This document shows, one piece after another, positions 8,366-16,335 of a stretch of 32,000 nucleotides of DNA. The position numbers and the translations under genes are program-made. Every line of letters starts with the position of its first letter. Positions within the stretch are counted from its first letter, which is position 1. Under the pieces are notes generated by a model that saw only the letters and a program-made list of their open reading frames with translations, made no database searches and was not told the origin of the DNA. The stretch is from an uncultured bacterium (GTDB lineage: Bacteria; Babelota; Babeliae; Babelales; Vermiphilaceae): positions 126,873-158,872 of the forward strand of contig OY969699.1 in assembly GCA_963702025.1 (NCBI GenBank). Direction: 5' to 3'.

Positions 8366-9226
8366 TTAGAAGCTATATCTTACTGCTGCAGTTACTGGGA
8401 AGCGCAACTCAGTACCAATAGCTCCTGGAAGAACATTGCTAATTGAAGCGAATGAAGTTGTAAGAGGAATGTTGTTCACATTTCTTGGACCACATGAAGC
8501 AACTACTTCACCGGTTACAACAAATGACCAATTGCCGCAGAAACACACATCAAAACCAACGTTTCCGCCACCGCTTACTACGGTATTACTTCTAAATATA
8601 TTTGTATCGGCGAGTGGAAGATTTGCAACTGTTGGCGCTGCAAGAATAATATCGGCATTTGTTCGTTTGTGATGCGTTAAACCGACTTTTCCACCCAGGA
8701 AGAATGAAACACGATCACACCAGCGATCCCAATAATACCGAGCTCCTACATACGCATCAAATATTTTGTATTTGTGGAATGAGAATGTTCCGGTTACGAC
8801 ACTGTTGAAATCAGTAGGAATTAATACTGAATCTTTACCTTTAGCTTGTGAATAATTAAATTCTAAATATACACGGGTATTATCTGAAAATGCATAACCA
8901 ACTTGTCCACCAACAATCCACGGTATTCTAAACAGCTTGCGGAACTTTGGAACATTGTCGTAAATCACGGCTACAGGGCTAGCGGCAGGAGCCAGACTAC
9001 AATCTACGCCTAAGATTTGATCCCTGTTACGCCAGAGAATTGGATTCACGCCACCCTGCACTTGCAAGTCCCATGCGCCGCAATACAACGGATTGCATCC
9101 GCATTCATAGCATGATGATTCACAACATCCGCCATCATCAGCATATTCGCGGGTAGCTTGAGCTGTGCCAACCACCGCGGTTGCCAATAAAAGAATTGAT
9201 AAATATTTTGCAGTAAATAATTTCAT
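8366..9226 (-). CDS. cysteine-rich beta-barrel outer-membrane protein (porin-like)
   Basis: ATG at 9226 (GGGAGAAAAT upstream). Signal peptide MKLFTAKYLSILLLATAVVGTAQA. Cys cluster CCESSCYECGCNPLYCGAWD. Motifs RWCDR and CFCGNW. C-terminal LRFPVTAAVRYSF. Confidence 0.85.
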   Translation of the reverse strand: MKLFTAKYLSILLLATAVVGTAQATREYADDGGCCESSCYECGCNPLYCGAWDLQVQGGVNPILWRNRDQILGVDCSLAPAASPVAVIYDNVPKFRKLFRIPWIVGGQVGYAFSDNTRVYLEFNYSQAKGKDSVLIPTDFNSVVTGTFSFHKYKIFDAYVGARYYWDRWCDRVSFFLGGKVGLTHHKRTNADIILAAPTVANLPLADTNIFRSNTVVSGGGNVGFDVCFCGNWSFVVTGEVVASCGPRNVNNIPLTTSFASISNVLPGAIGTELRFPVTAAVRYSF

Positions 9227-9271
9227 ATTTTCTCCCTTAGAATTGGTTAAATGATACTGCAACCACGCCTA

Positions 9272-9301
9272 AGATTACCCTGAATTGTCAGAAAAAATCA
9301 A
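9272..9301 (-). promoter_or_regulatory. candidate promoter of OMP gene 8366-9226
   Basis: The minus strand reads TTGATT-18 nt-TAATCT, followed by the conserved leader GGTTGCAGTAT. Hexamers, spacing and leader are identical upstream of 10396-11244. Confidence 0.45.
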
Positions 9302-9351
9302 GCTTTATTTAAATTCTACCACCGTACTGGATTTTTTTCTGACAATTTCAG
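9280..9351. repeat. 20-22-bp inverted repeat flanking a ~30-nt loop, overlapping the promoter above
   Basis: CTGAATTGTCAGAAAAAATC (9280-9299) against GATTTTTTTCTGACAATTTCAG (9330-9351). It sits directly after the stop of 9360-10238 and contains the -35 of the next gene. Confidence 0.6.
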
Positions 9352-9359
9352 TAGAGAAA

Positions 9360-10238
9360 TTAAAATGTATAACGAGCCCCTACCGTGATTGGGAAGCGCA
9401 ATTCCGTACCGATAGAACCAAATATGAGATTATTAATACCAGGAACCACTAACGGTGCTGGATTGCAACCGGCATTCTGACCAAATGCGATAGTATCGCC
9501 ACTTCTTGGTCCACAATTTGCAACTACTTCGCCAACGATCATTAGATTCCAACAATTGCACATGCAAACATCTAAGCCAATGCTTAAACCACCGCTTACT
9601 TTAGTATTTTTATCAAAAAAAGGTTGATCGGTAACAAACGCAACCGCCGCTGCCGGAGGTATAGCGAGAGTAGAGCTGAATTTTATACGTTGATGATGCA
9701 TTGCACCAACTTTTGCGCCAAGAAACACCGAATATCTGTCGCACCAGCGATCAAAGAAATATTGGAATCCAAGGTAGCCATCGTAGAGCTTATACTTGTG
9801 CAGATCAAAGACCAATGTTGATGCCGGTGATTGAAGAGTTTGGAACGATTCATCATGTTTGCCGCTGGCTTGAACATAATTAAATTCAGCATAAATACGA
9901 ATATTATCAGAAATTGCATAACCAACTTGACCACCAATGGTCCATGGCACATGGAATAATTTAAAGAAACGAGGTGTTTTTAAAAATTGAACCACCGGAT
10001 TAGCGCCGGCAACGTTGGTGCATTGAATGGCAGAAATGTAACCACGGTGTTCCCACAATATCGGCACCACACCACCATGAACTTGAAGATCGAAAGCGCC
10101 ACACGCCAACGGAATCTCAGAACAAGTGTAGCCACAACAAACCGGTTCACATTCCCGGCAATCAGAATCGGCAAGAAGAGGGGCAGCAAAAAAAAGCGCC
10201 AGCGCTAAAATACTGCTTTTATACATTGCAAACTTCAT
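9360..10238 (-). CDS. cysteine-rich beta-barrel outer-membrane protein (porin-like)
   Basis: AAGGAG RBS. Signal peptide MKFAMYKSSILALALFFAAPLLA. Cys cluster DCRECEPVCCGYTCSEIPLACGAFD. Motif RWCDR. C-terminal LRFPITVGARYTF. Confidence 0.85.
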   Translation of the reverse strand: MKFAMYKSSILALALFFAAPLLADSDCRECEPVCCGYTCSEIPLACGAFDLQVHGGVVPILWEHRGYISAIQCTNVAGANPVVQFLKTPRFFKLFHVPWTIGGQVGYAISDNIRIYAEFNYVQASGKHDESFQTLQSPASTLVFDLHKYKLYDGYLGFQYFFDRWCDRYSVFLGAKVGAMHHQRIKFSSTLAIPPAAAVAFVTDQPFFDKNTKVSGGLSIGLDVCMCNCWNLMIVGEVVANCGPRSGDTIAFGQNAGCNPAPLVVPGINNLIFGSIGTELRFPITVGARYTF

Positions 10239-10284
10239 ACAATCTCCTTAATAAGGTTTTTATCTCTTTTTGAGTAGCATTTTA

Positions 10285-10314
10285 ATACTAGCTTCATTAC
10301 CAAAAAAAAATCAA
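10285..10314 (-). promoter_or_regulatory. candidate promoter of OMP gene 9360-10238
   Basis: The minus strand reads TTGATT-18 nt-TAGTAT. Confidence 0.35.
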
Positions 10315-10337
10315 GTCTTAAAAAAATTTGTTCAAAA

Positions 10338-10373
10338 ACAAAAAAAAGGCATTGAATTTCTCAATGCCTTTTT
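10338..10373 (-). terminator. terminator hairpin after OMP gene 10396-11244
   Basis: AAGGCATTGA (10346-10355) pairs with TCAATGCCTT (10361-10370). The A-run on the plus strand becomes the T-run on the minus strand. Confidence 0.7.
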
Positions 10374-10395
10374 AGTTTTTGTTGGCAATTAGATT

Positions 10396-11244
10396 TTAGA
10401 AGCTATATCTGATTGCCGCAGTTACCGGAAAGCGAAGCTCGTTGCCAACGCTACCTACAACCAATTGCGTAATGAGAAGTCCAGTTGCCACGGTAGCCAC
10501 AGGACCAACAGATCTTGGACCACATGAGCCAACTACTTCACCAGTTACTACAAATGACCAGTTGCCACAGAAGCAAATATCAAAACCAACGTTAGCGCCG
10601 CCGCTGATTACCGTATTGCTACGATATACATTTTGGTCTGTGAACGGGGTGGTGTTACCGCTAGCAAAATTGAAATCATAGTTCAATCTTTTGTGATGTG
10701 TTAAACCAACTTTACCACCAAGGAAGAAGGAAACACGATCACACCAGCGATCCCAATAGTAACGAGCACCGGCATATGCATCAAATAATTTATATTTTCT
10801 TGCATCACCAAAAGTGAATGTTGAGCCATCTTCAGCTAAGATTCCGACATTATTTTTGTGATTTGCTTGTGAGTAGTTAAACTCTAAATACACACGAGTG
10901 TTGTCTGACATCGCATAACCAACTTGACCACCAACGATCCATGGAATTCTGTATAAGTGGCTGAATTTTGGTGTTTCAAAATAGCTAATCAATGGAGTGG
11001 ATGCTGAGCAATTCAACGCTAACCAATTGCCTCTATTGCGCCAGAGAATTGGGTTTACGCCACCTTGCACTTGCAAGTCCCATGCGCCGCAATACAACGG
11101 ATTGCATCCGCATTCGTAGCACGAAGATTCACAACATTGTGAATCACGAGATCCCCCATCATCCTGCCATGCATTCGCCTTGCTACCTAGCAAAGACAAA
11201 AGCAGAATAAGTGAGAGATGTTTTGCAGTAAGAAGTTTTTTCAT
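10396..11244 (-). CDS. cysteine-rich beta-barrel outer-membrane protein (porin-like)
   Basis: Signal peptide MKKLLTAKHLSLILLLSLLGSKANA. The N-terminal block CCESSCYECGCNPLYCGAWDLQVQGGVNPILWRNR is identical to 8366-9226. C-terminal LRFPVTAAIRYSF. Confidence 0.85.
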   Translation of the reverse strand: MKKLLTAKHLSLILLLSLLGSKANAWQDDGGSRDSQCCESSCYECGCNPLYCGAWDLQVQGGVNPILWRNRGNWLALNCSASTPLISYFETPKFSHLYRIPWIVGGQVGYAMSDNTRVYLEFNYSQANHKNNVGILAEDGSTFTFGDARKYKLFDAYAGARYYWDRWCDRVSFFLGGKVGLTHHKRLNYDFNFASGNTTPFTDQNVYRSNTVISGGANVGFDICFCGNWSFVVTGEVVGSCGPRSVGPVATVATGLLITQLVVGSVGNELRFPVTAAIRYSF

Positions 11245-11286
11245 ATTTACCCTTTTTTTTAAAGTGTTAATACTGCAACCGACTAT

Positions 11287-11316
11287 AGATTACTCCGAAG
11301 AATAAAAAAAAATCAA
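11287..11316 (-). promoter_or_regulatory. candidate promoter of OMP gene 10396-11244
   Basis: The minus strand reads TTGATT-18 nt-TAATCT plus the leader GGTTGCAGTAT, as at 9272-9301. Confidence 0.45.
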
Positions 11317-11329
11317 GAGTCAAATTAAA

Positions 11330-11369
11330 AAAAAGTAACCCAGATGCTGTTCTTGCCAACATCTGGGTT
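11330..11369 (-). terminator. terminator hairpin after OMP gene 11393-12301
   Basis: AACCCAGATG (11337-11346) pairs with CATCTGGGTT (11360-11369). The minus strand continues with a T-run (plus-strand AAAAAAAA at 11327-11334). Confidence 0.6.
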
Positions 11370-11392
11370 GTAACAAATACTTTATTTACGCA

Positions 11393-12301
11393 TTAAAAGC
11401 TGTATTTCAAGCCTGCGGTAATTGGGAAGAAAACTTCCGTGCCGATCCGGCCGACAACTAAATTGGTCGGTGAGAAATTTGGCAGAATACTCGCACAAGG
11501 ATTTAAGTTGCCAATATCTGAATTTGAACGCGGTCCACACGTAGCAACCGCTTCAGCGGTAAATACAACTGAAAAATTACAGCCCAAGCACCATTCAAAT
11601 CCGATATTTGCGCCGCCCGCTACTGAATTACTTTTATAGAAGAATGGAACACAATTTAATACAAGCGGAGTTTGTATTGTGCATTTCGTGGATGCTATGT
11701 TAATACGCGCATTCGTTTCTTTTCTATGCAAGAATCCGAATTTGCCGCCAAAGAAAAATGCAAAATCATTGCAACCACAATTTATTTCCCAATAATAGCG
11801 TGCACCCAAATACACATCATAAACTTTATAGCGACTCGGATGTATATTCACCGTTACAACATCATTTGGTGTTGCCGCAACGCCAAGTAAAGTGAAATTA
11901 CGGCCCGAGGCTTGTCGGTAATTAAATTCAATATATGTTTCAAAATCATTCGTTATAGCATAACCAATGTGGCCGCCAACGTACCAAGGGGTCTTGAACA
12001 ACTTTTTAAATCGAGGCATTTTGAATAAAGGAATAATTGATTGATTAAAATTAGGAATACTCAGTGCGTTACATGAAATCGCTGAAAAAATTCCGCGATC
12101 TGTCCATATAGTAGGGGCTACGCCACCCTGAATCTGAAAATCAATGGCTCCACAGTTTAACGGATTGCCACAGTCATATGCTTGATCACAGCACTGCTCT
12201 TCAGGGCAACAATCATCAGAACTTCTACCGAAGGTAAAATAGCTACAACTCGCTAAATAACAGAGTAAAAAAAGACTTTTACGACTCAAAACGTTTCTCA
12301 T
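11393..12301 (-). CDS. cysteine-rich beta-barrel outer-membrane protein (most divergent tandem member)
   Basis: I chose the ATG at 12301 (AAGGA 7 nt upstream) over the TTG at 12325. Cys cluster DDCCPEEQCCDQAYDCGNPLNCGAID. C-terminal VFFPITAGLKYSF. Confidence 0.8.
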   Translation of the reverse strand: MRNVLSRKSLFLLCYLASCSYFTFGRSSDDCCPEEQCCDQAYDCGNPLNCGAIDFQIQGGVAPTIWTDRGIFSAISCNALSIPNFNQSIIPLFKMPRFKKLFKTPWYVGGHIGYAITNDFETYIEFNYRQASGRNFTLLGVAATPNDVVTVNIHPSRYKVYDVYLGARYYWEINCGCNDFAFFFGGKFGFLHRKETNARINIASTKCTIQTPLVLNCVPFFYKSNSVAGGANIGFEWCLGCNFSVVFTAEAVATCGPRSNSDIGNLNPCASILPNFSPTNLVVGRIGTEVFFPITAGLKYSF

Positions 12302-12431
12302 TGGCAATCCTTTTTTTGAAAACAATATTCAACAAAATTAGCCTAGGCATAAAAATATGAAATTTGCAAGATCTTGAAAATTTGCATTAAAAAATTATAT
12401 TTAAATCCCGCCGTAAAAGGGAAGAATTTTT

Positions 12432-13163
12432 TCATTTTTTTCGATACCAATGCCACCGCAATGCAAAAAGGGTCCGTATCATGGCAAAACCGGCACTAAA
12501 AGTTTGCAACTTACTCCCTTCTTGATCATTCCACACCGTTGGAAATTCTTTAATGGTAAAACCAAATTTTTTGCATAGAGAGAGCAACTCAATATCAAAT
12601 GCCCATTGTTTCACTGATAAATAAGGAACAATTCTTTCAACCACTTTTCTTTTAAACAATTTTGCACCGCACTGCGTATCATCATAAGTGAGCCCAAATA
12701 AAATTCTCACCAAACTCCCAAAAAAGAGTTTGCTTCCCCATCGTTTAATAAAAGGACGGGGTGGCGTCACCACGGCACCCAGCATGTAGCGGCTGGCAAT
12801 AATGCCGTCATAACCATTTATATGTGATATTAAATCATAAAATGCCCGGGGTGATGTTGCCATATCAGCATCTACAAAACCTATAAGATCGTTGGGCCGC
12901 GTCAGCGCATCAGCAAAACCAACGTTAACTGCAAGCCCCTTGCCGCCTTCTTTGATCTCTTGCGACAACAAGTATGGCATCTCTTTTTGCAAATCAGCTA
13001 CAATTGCCGGCGTTGTATCCCGAGTTCCATTAATTACCACGAGAATTTCATATTCTAGGTTTTCGGCAATTTTTTTATCGGAGAAAAACTGATTATACGC
13101 TTTGAGGGTAGCTTTGATACGCTTTTCCTCGTTATAGGCAGGAATTACTATGCAAACTTTCAT
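12432..13163 (-). CDS. GT2-family glycosyltransferase (polyprenyl-phosphate glycosyltransferase-like)
   Basis: MKVCIVIPAYNEEKRI, VDADMAT (DxD-type motif), and QCGAKLFKR, typical of DPM1/ArnC-like GT2 enzymes. Confidence 0.8.
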   Translation of the reverse strand: MKVCIVIPAYNEEKRIKATLKAYNQFFSDKKIAENLEYEILVVINGTRDTTPAIVADLQKEMPYLLSQEIKEGGKGLAVNVGFADALTRPNDLIGFVDADMATSPRAFYDLISHINGYDGIIASRYMLGAVVTPPRPFIKRWGSKLFFGSLVRILFGLTYDDTQCGAKLFKRKVVERIVPYLSVKQWAFDIELLSLCKKFGFTIKEFPTVWNDQEGSKLQTFSAGFAMIRTLFALRWHWYRKK

Positions 13164-13251
13164 ATAAACTCATTCCTTTTTGGCATTACTTTCTTTTTTT
13201 ATTCAATCCAATCTTTATTTTGATAAAAAAATGAGTAATATTAACGCAAAC

Positions 13252-13496
13252 TCGAGCTAAAAAACTAGAGATACAATTGAAAGGCTGCTCGTGGTGAGTG
13301 ATTGCGAAGCAATCGTATCGAACCATGCGGCCTAAAAATCATAAGATATTATGAATTACTTTTATATATTTTAAAAGGATGCCCTTATTAAAAATGATTG
13401 AAACCCTCTGATAAGCCCGCATGGTTCGATACGCAGCCTGCGGCTGCACTCACCACGAGCGGGCTTTATGATTAACTTTCACAATTCTTAGCTCGA
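13252..13496. repeat. large MITE-like inverted repeat, copy B
   Basis: Outer arms TCGAGCTAA (13252-13260) / TTAGCTCGA (13488-13496). Core arms GCTCGTGGTGAGTG...CGTATCGAACCATGCGG (13283-13332) against CCGCATGGTTCGATACG...CACTCACCACGAGC (13415-13464). AT-rich ~82-nt centre. Each arm carries its own mini-palindrome (ATTGCGAAGCAAT; CAGCCTGCGGCTG). Confidence 0.7.
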
Positions 13497-13532
13497 ATTA
13501 GAGTAATATGAATATACTTAATTTAAAAGATC

Positions 13533-14210
13533 ATGATACAAATAACCTCAAGAGAAATCCTTTTCGCTCTTCTCAAAAAGCATCTTCCAGAAGATCCCAT
13601 AATTATTGAAGCGGGTTCATTCAATGGTAAAGATACCCTGCGCTTGGCCGCTTTTTGGCCCACATCAATAATTCACGCATTCGAACCGGTGCCAGAAATC
13701 TTTGATGAATTGGTGCGCACTACCCGTTTAAATAACAATATCATTAGATATCCGGTAGCACTCAGTGATACAAATGGTGAAAAAGCCTTTTTTGTTGCAG
13801 AACATCCCAAAAGACCGGGAAAAATATGCCAGGCAGGGAGTCTACTCAAACCAAAAGATCGATTAAACGTTTCGCCTATAACTTATCCCAAAACCATGCT
13901 AGTAAAAACATTAACTCTTGATACCTGGGCTAAGCAGTATGGAGTTGATCATGTCGATTTTATCTGGCTCGATTTACAAGGGCATGAATTGGCAGTTTTG
14001 AAAAACGGACATCATACTTTATCAACAACAAAAGCTCTCTATCTTGAAGTGAATTTTATTGAAGCCTATGAAAATCAAACAAATTATCTTCAATGTACTG
14101 ATTGGTTATATCAAAACAACTTTATTCCCGTTGCAAAAGATTTCATCGATGAAAACAAGTGGTTTTTTGGCAATATTTTATGGATAAATACTCAACTTCT
14201 GTACAAATGA
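13533..14210 (+). CDS. FkbM-family SAM-dependent methyltransferase
   Basis: IIIEAGSFNGKDTLRLA...IHAFEPVPEIFDEL...ALSDTNGEKAFFV...LDTW...IDFIWLDLQGHEL is the characteristic FkbM (TIGR01444-like) pattern. Confidence 0.8.
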   Translation: MIQITSREILFALLKKHLPEDPIIIEAGSFNGKDTLRLAAFWPTSIIHAFEPVPEIFDELVRTTRLNNNIIRYPVALSDTNGEKAFFVAEHPKRPGKICQAGSLLKPKDRLNVSPITYPKTMLVKTLTLDTWAKQYGVDHVDFIWLDLQGHELAVLKNGHHTLSTTKALYLEVNFIEAYENQTNYLQCTDWLYQNNFIPVAKDFIDENKWFFGNILWINTQLLYK

Positions 14211-14261
14211 AGCACCCAACCGCTCAAAAGCAGTTGTATCGCATTGGTATTCCGCAAAGAA

Positions 14262-14490
14262 AAAAAGCTTCATTCCTTATCGCCGTTCGTTTCCCAGCCT
14301 TCGCTAATTCCGTTCGTGCTGACCTCTCGACTACGCTCAAGACTAAAGGCCCTTAGCTTCCTGTGCCCGGCGTCCTTCGACAAGCTCAGGATGAGCGGAA
14401 GGATGCGTTTACTCCCGAGTGAAAGTCGAGGGACTTGGCGAAGACGGGTCGAAGGATCGAAACGAGCAATAATAATTTTCGGATAAGTTT
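14262..14490. repeat. MITE-like palindromic repeat, copy C1
   Basis: Imperfect inverted arms CTTATCGCCGTTCGTTTCCCAGCCTTCG... (from 14276) against ...CGAAGGATCGAAACGAGC...GATAAG (to 14487). The central core CCTTCGACAAGCTCAGGATGAGCGG is related to copy A. It generates spurious ORFs on both strands. Confidence 0.7.
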
Positions 14491-14567
14491 TTCCTGCCAG
14501 AACGTGCATAAATACACGAAAAAACTCATTTTTTTGTTTTTTTTGTTGCATCCATTATCCAAAATCT

Positions 14568-14602
14568 TGTATATACATAGTATCTGAAATTTTGTATATA
14601 CA
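14568..14602. promoter_or_regulatory. two perfect 10-bp palindromes TGTATATACA (operator-like), 25 bp centre to centre
   Basis: TGTATATACA occurs at 14568-14577 and 14593-14602. A related 9+9 palindrome ATTGTATAT-GA-ATATACAAT (14817-14836) is centred on the start codon of the downstream gene. Confidence 0.45.
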
Positions 14603-14676
14603 TTTTATATGATTAATTTTTAAAAAAAGAATGGTAATGGATCAACAAAATGAATAAAAACATAAACGATAGGAGC

Positions 14677-14698
14677 CACACACACACACACACACACA
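14677..14698. repeat. (CA)11 dinucleotide microsatellite
   Basis: Direct read CACACACACACACACACACACA. It lies ~125 nt upstream of the ATG at 14824. The duplicate unit carries (CA)8. Confidence 0.95.
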
Positions 14699-14823
14699 AA
14701 GGCTTTTTCAATGTCCCATAATCTCTATAAACACTATAATACCACTTGTTTTGATATTATCTGCGACCAACAACTACTACTACTCATTAATTATTTTTCT
14801 AACCTCATAAAAAAGGATTGTAT

Positions 14824-16278
14824 ATGAATATACAATGTAGGTTTTTAATAAAACCTTTTTCTCTTTCGCTGTTATTGATTGCATCAAGTTATGCCGATGA
14901 AATTGATTTACGTGCAGTAGATCAATTTAGAAAGTGCCAGAAGGATAACTGTTCAAGAGTTGCACTAAGCGCTCAGCTCACGTTTGGTAGTAATTATCCT
15001 TCAGCACAAACCTTTCCATCTATTTCAGCAACCGGAGACCAAGTATATGTGGTATATAATAATAATGGACTTTATACCCCTACATTACTTGCTGCACAAC
15101 TATTTGATAATGTTAACGGACAATTAGTTTCTGCGCAAACACTCCTGTGTGACCCAAACTATCCCAATCCATGGATGGGGTTCGCATCAGCAGATTTTAG
15201 CCTATTTTCTGTCCTTGATGGTAGTCTCGGGACAACATCGCTTCCGGCACGAATTCGTATTCTTGATTCAAACTTTAATCAAGTAGGTCAACGGATTTTT
15301 TCATCTTATCAAGGCGACTTTTTGGGTGTGAATCCTGCTGGTGGATTTTTTGCGGGTGGATCATTTTCAGAAGATAACCATTATGTTGTGATATCTACCA
15401 GTATTTCTAATACGCCTCCAAACGCACAAAGTATGTTAGTGGTAATGGATGCTACTAATCCTTCACTTCCCACTGTAGCGCAAACTGTAATCACCGGATT
15501 TCCAGTTTTTTTCGGCCCATATCTGTTTACTCTGACTGATAACAATGGCAATAAGAATCTGTATATTCAATATACTGTCTCCAATGGGACACCCACGCGA
15601 AATTTTATCCTATTCAATTTTTATGAACCACCCTTTTATAGCCAAGTGTATCAAGTTAATCTGACTGCGGGCACCATTACTTTAGTTGCTCAACAGCCAT
15701 TGCCTAAATTTGCTGGACCCGCTGTCCAAGTACGCGCTGGCGGCAAAGACGCACTCATTTGCCATGGCGGGTACTGCGCCCTAAACCCGAGTGCACCATC
15801 TTTTTATGCTAATCCTATTCCTTTTCAAGAATCAGTTTTACCCGGTGATTACGCCGAATCACGCGTATTTCTCTTTAATGGCACTGCCTTAAACTTAGTG
15901 GTTAAGGAAGCGGTAAATTGCTGTAATCGAACTCTCCCTTATCCCCCAAGCAATGGCTGCTCATATCTGATTGGGCAAAATCAAGATCTTCTAGTAGCGG
16001 GTTTCCCAAATGTAACCTCAGATAATCAGGAATTTTGGTGCTTTGCTGATCTTCGCCAAGGTCCAAATGGGCTTGAGTTCCGAGGAGTTAATTTGCCTAA
16101 CCAAGATATGATAACCGCCATTTCAGTATTCAGCCAAGATGGCAATTGGCTCTTTCGTGCAGGATACTTTGGATATGGCAATCAAAATCCAGAAACACCA
16201 TTTGATGATATATATGGCCTTAACAATCTCTTGCTCTTTAAAGTATACTCAGCACCATACACCCCAATTTGTAACTAA
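14824..16278 (+). CDS. secreted ~484-aa protein of unknown function (possibly beta-propeller/LVIVD-like), variant 1
   Basis: ATG at 14824 with AAGGA 6 nt upstream (the track start at 14818 is TTG). Signal peptide MNIQCRFLIKPFSLSLLLIASSYA. The repetitive strand-like segments and SMLVVMDATNPSLPTVAQT resemble an LVIVD repeat. Several Cys pairs (CQKDNC, NCCN, GC). Confidence 0.7.
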   Translation: MNIQCRFLIKPFSLSLLLIASSYADEIDLRAVDQFRKCQKDNCSRVALSAQLTFGSNYPSAQTFPSISATGDQVYVVYNNNGLYTPTLLAAQLFDNVNGQLVSAQTLLCDPNYPNPWMGFASADFSLFSVLDGSLGTTSLPARIRILDSNFNQVGQRIFSSYQGDFLGVNPAGGFFAGGSFSEDNHYVVISTSISNTPPNAQSMLVVMDATNPSLPTVAQTVITGFPVFFGPYLFTLTDNNGNKNLYIQYTVSNGTPTRNFILFNFYEPPFYSQVYQVNLTAGTITLVAQQPLPKFAGPAVQVRAGGKDALICHGGYCALNPSAPSFYANPIPFQESVLPGDYAESRVFLFNGTALNLVVKEAVNCCNRTLPYPPSNGCSYLIGQNQDLLVAGFPNVTSDNQEFWCFADLRQGPNGLEFRGVNLPNQDMITAISVFSQDGNWLFRAGYFGYGNQNPETPFDDIYGLNNLLLFKVYSAPYTPICN

Positions 16279-16296
16279 TAAAAAATAATTGATACC

Positions 16297-16317
16297 TGGC
16301 GCCTGAAAAAGGCGCCA
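16297..16317 (+). other. GC-rich intercistronic hairpin between the secreted-protein gene and the OMP gene
   Basis: TGGCGCC-TGAAAAA-GGCGCCA. No clear T-run follows, so it is more likely an attenuator or RNA-stability element than a full terminator. It is conserved at 20075-20095. Confidence 0.5.
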
Positions 16318-16335
16318 ATTTAATCAGGAGATTAT

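Noticed and set aside
8436-11639. Antisense ORFs in the OMP genes (8436-8672, 10442-10681, 11439-11639) that share a conserved peptide (…TSPVTTNDQLPQK…).
   Set aside because: The conservation simply mirrors the conserved sense-strand motif (C.C.NWSFVVTGEVV). They have no independent start signals and lie opposite strongly supported genes.
14244-14551. ORFs 14244-14486 (+), 14270-14551 (-) and 14159-14356 (+), with twins at 17996-18277 and 18061-18342, giving peptides like PASFDKLRMSGR and LSLSKDAGHRKL.
   Set aside because: They lie entirely within the MITE-like palindromic repeat. An ORF appears on both strands because of the palindrome, and there is no RBS. They are translations of a repeat, not genes.
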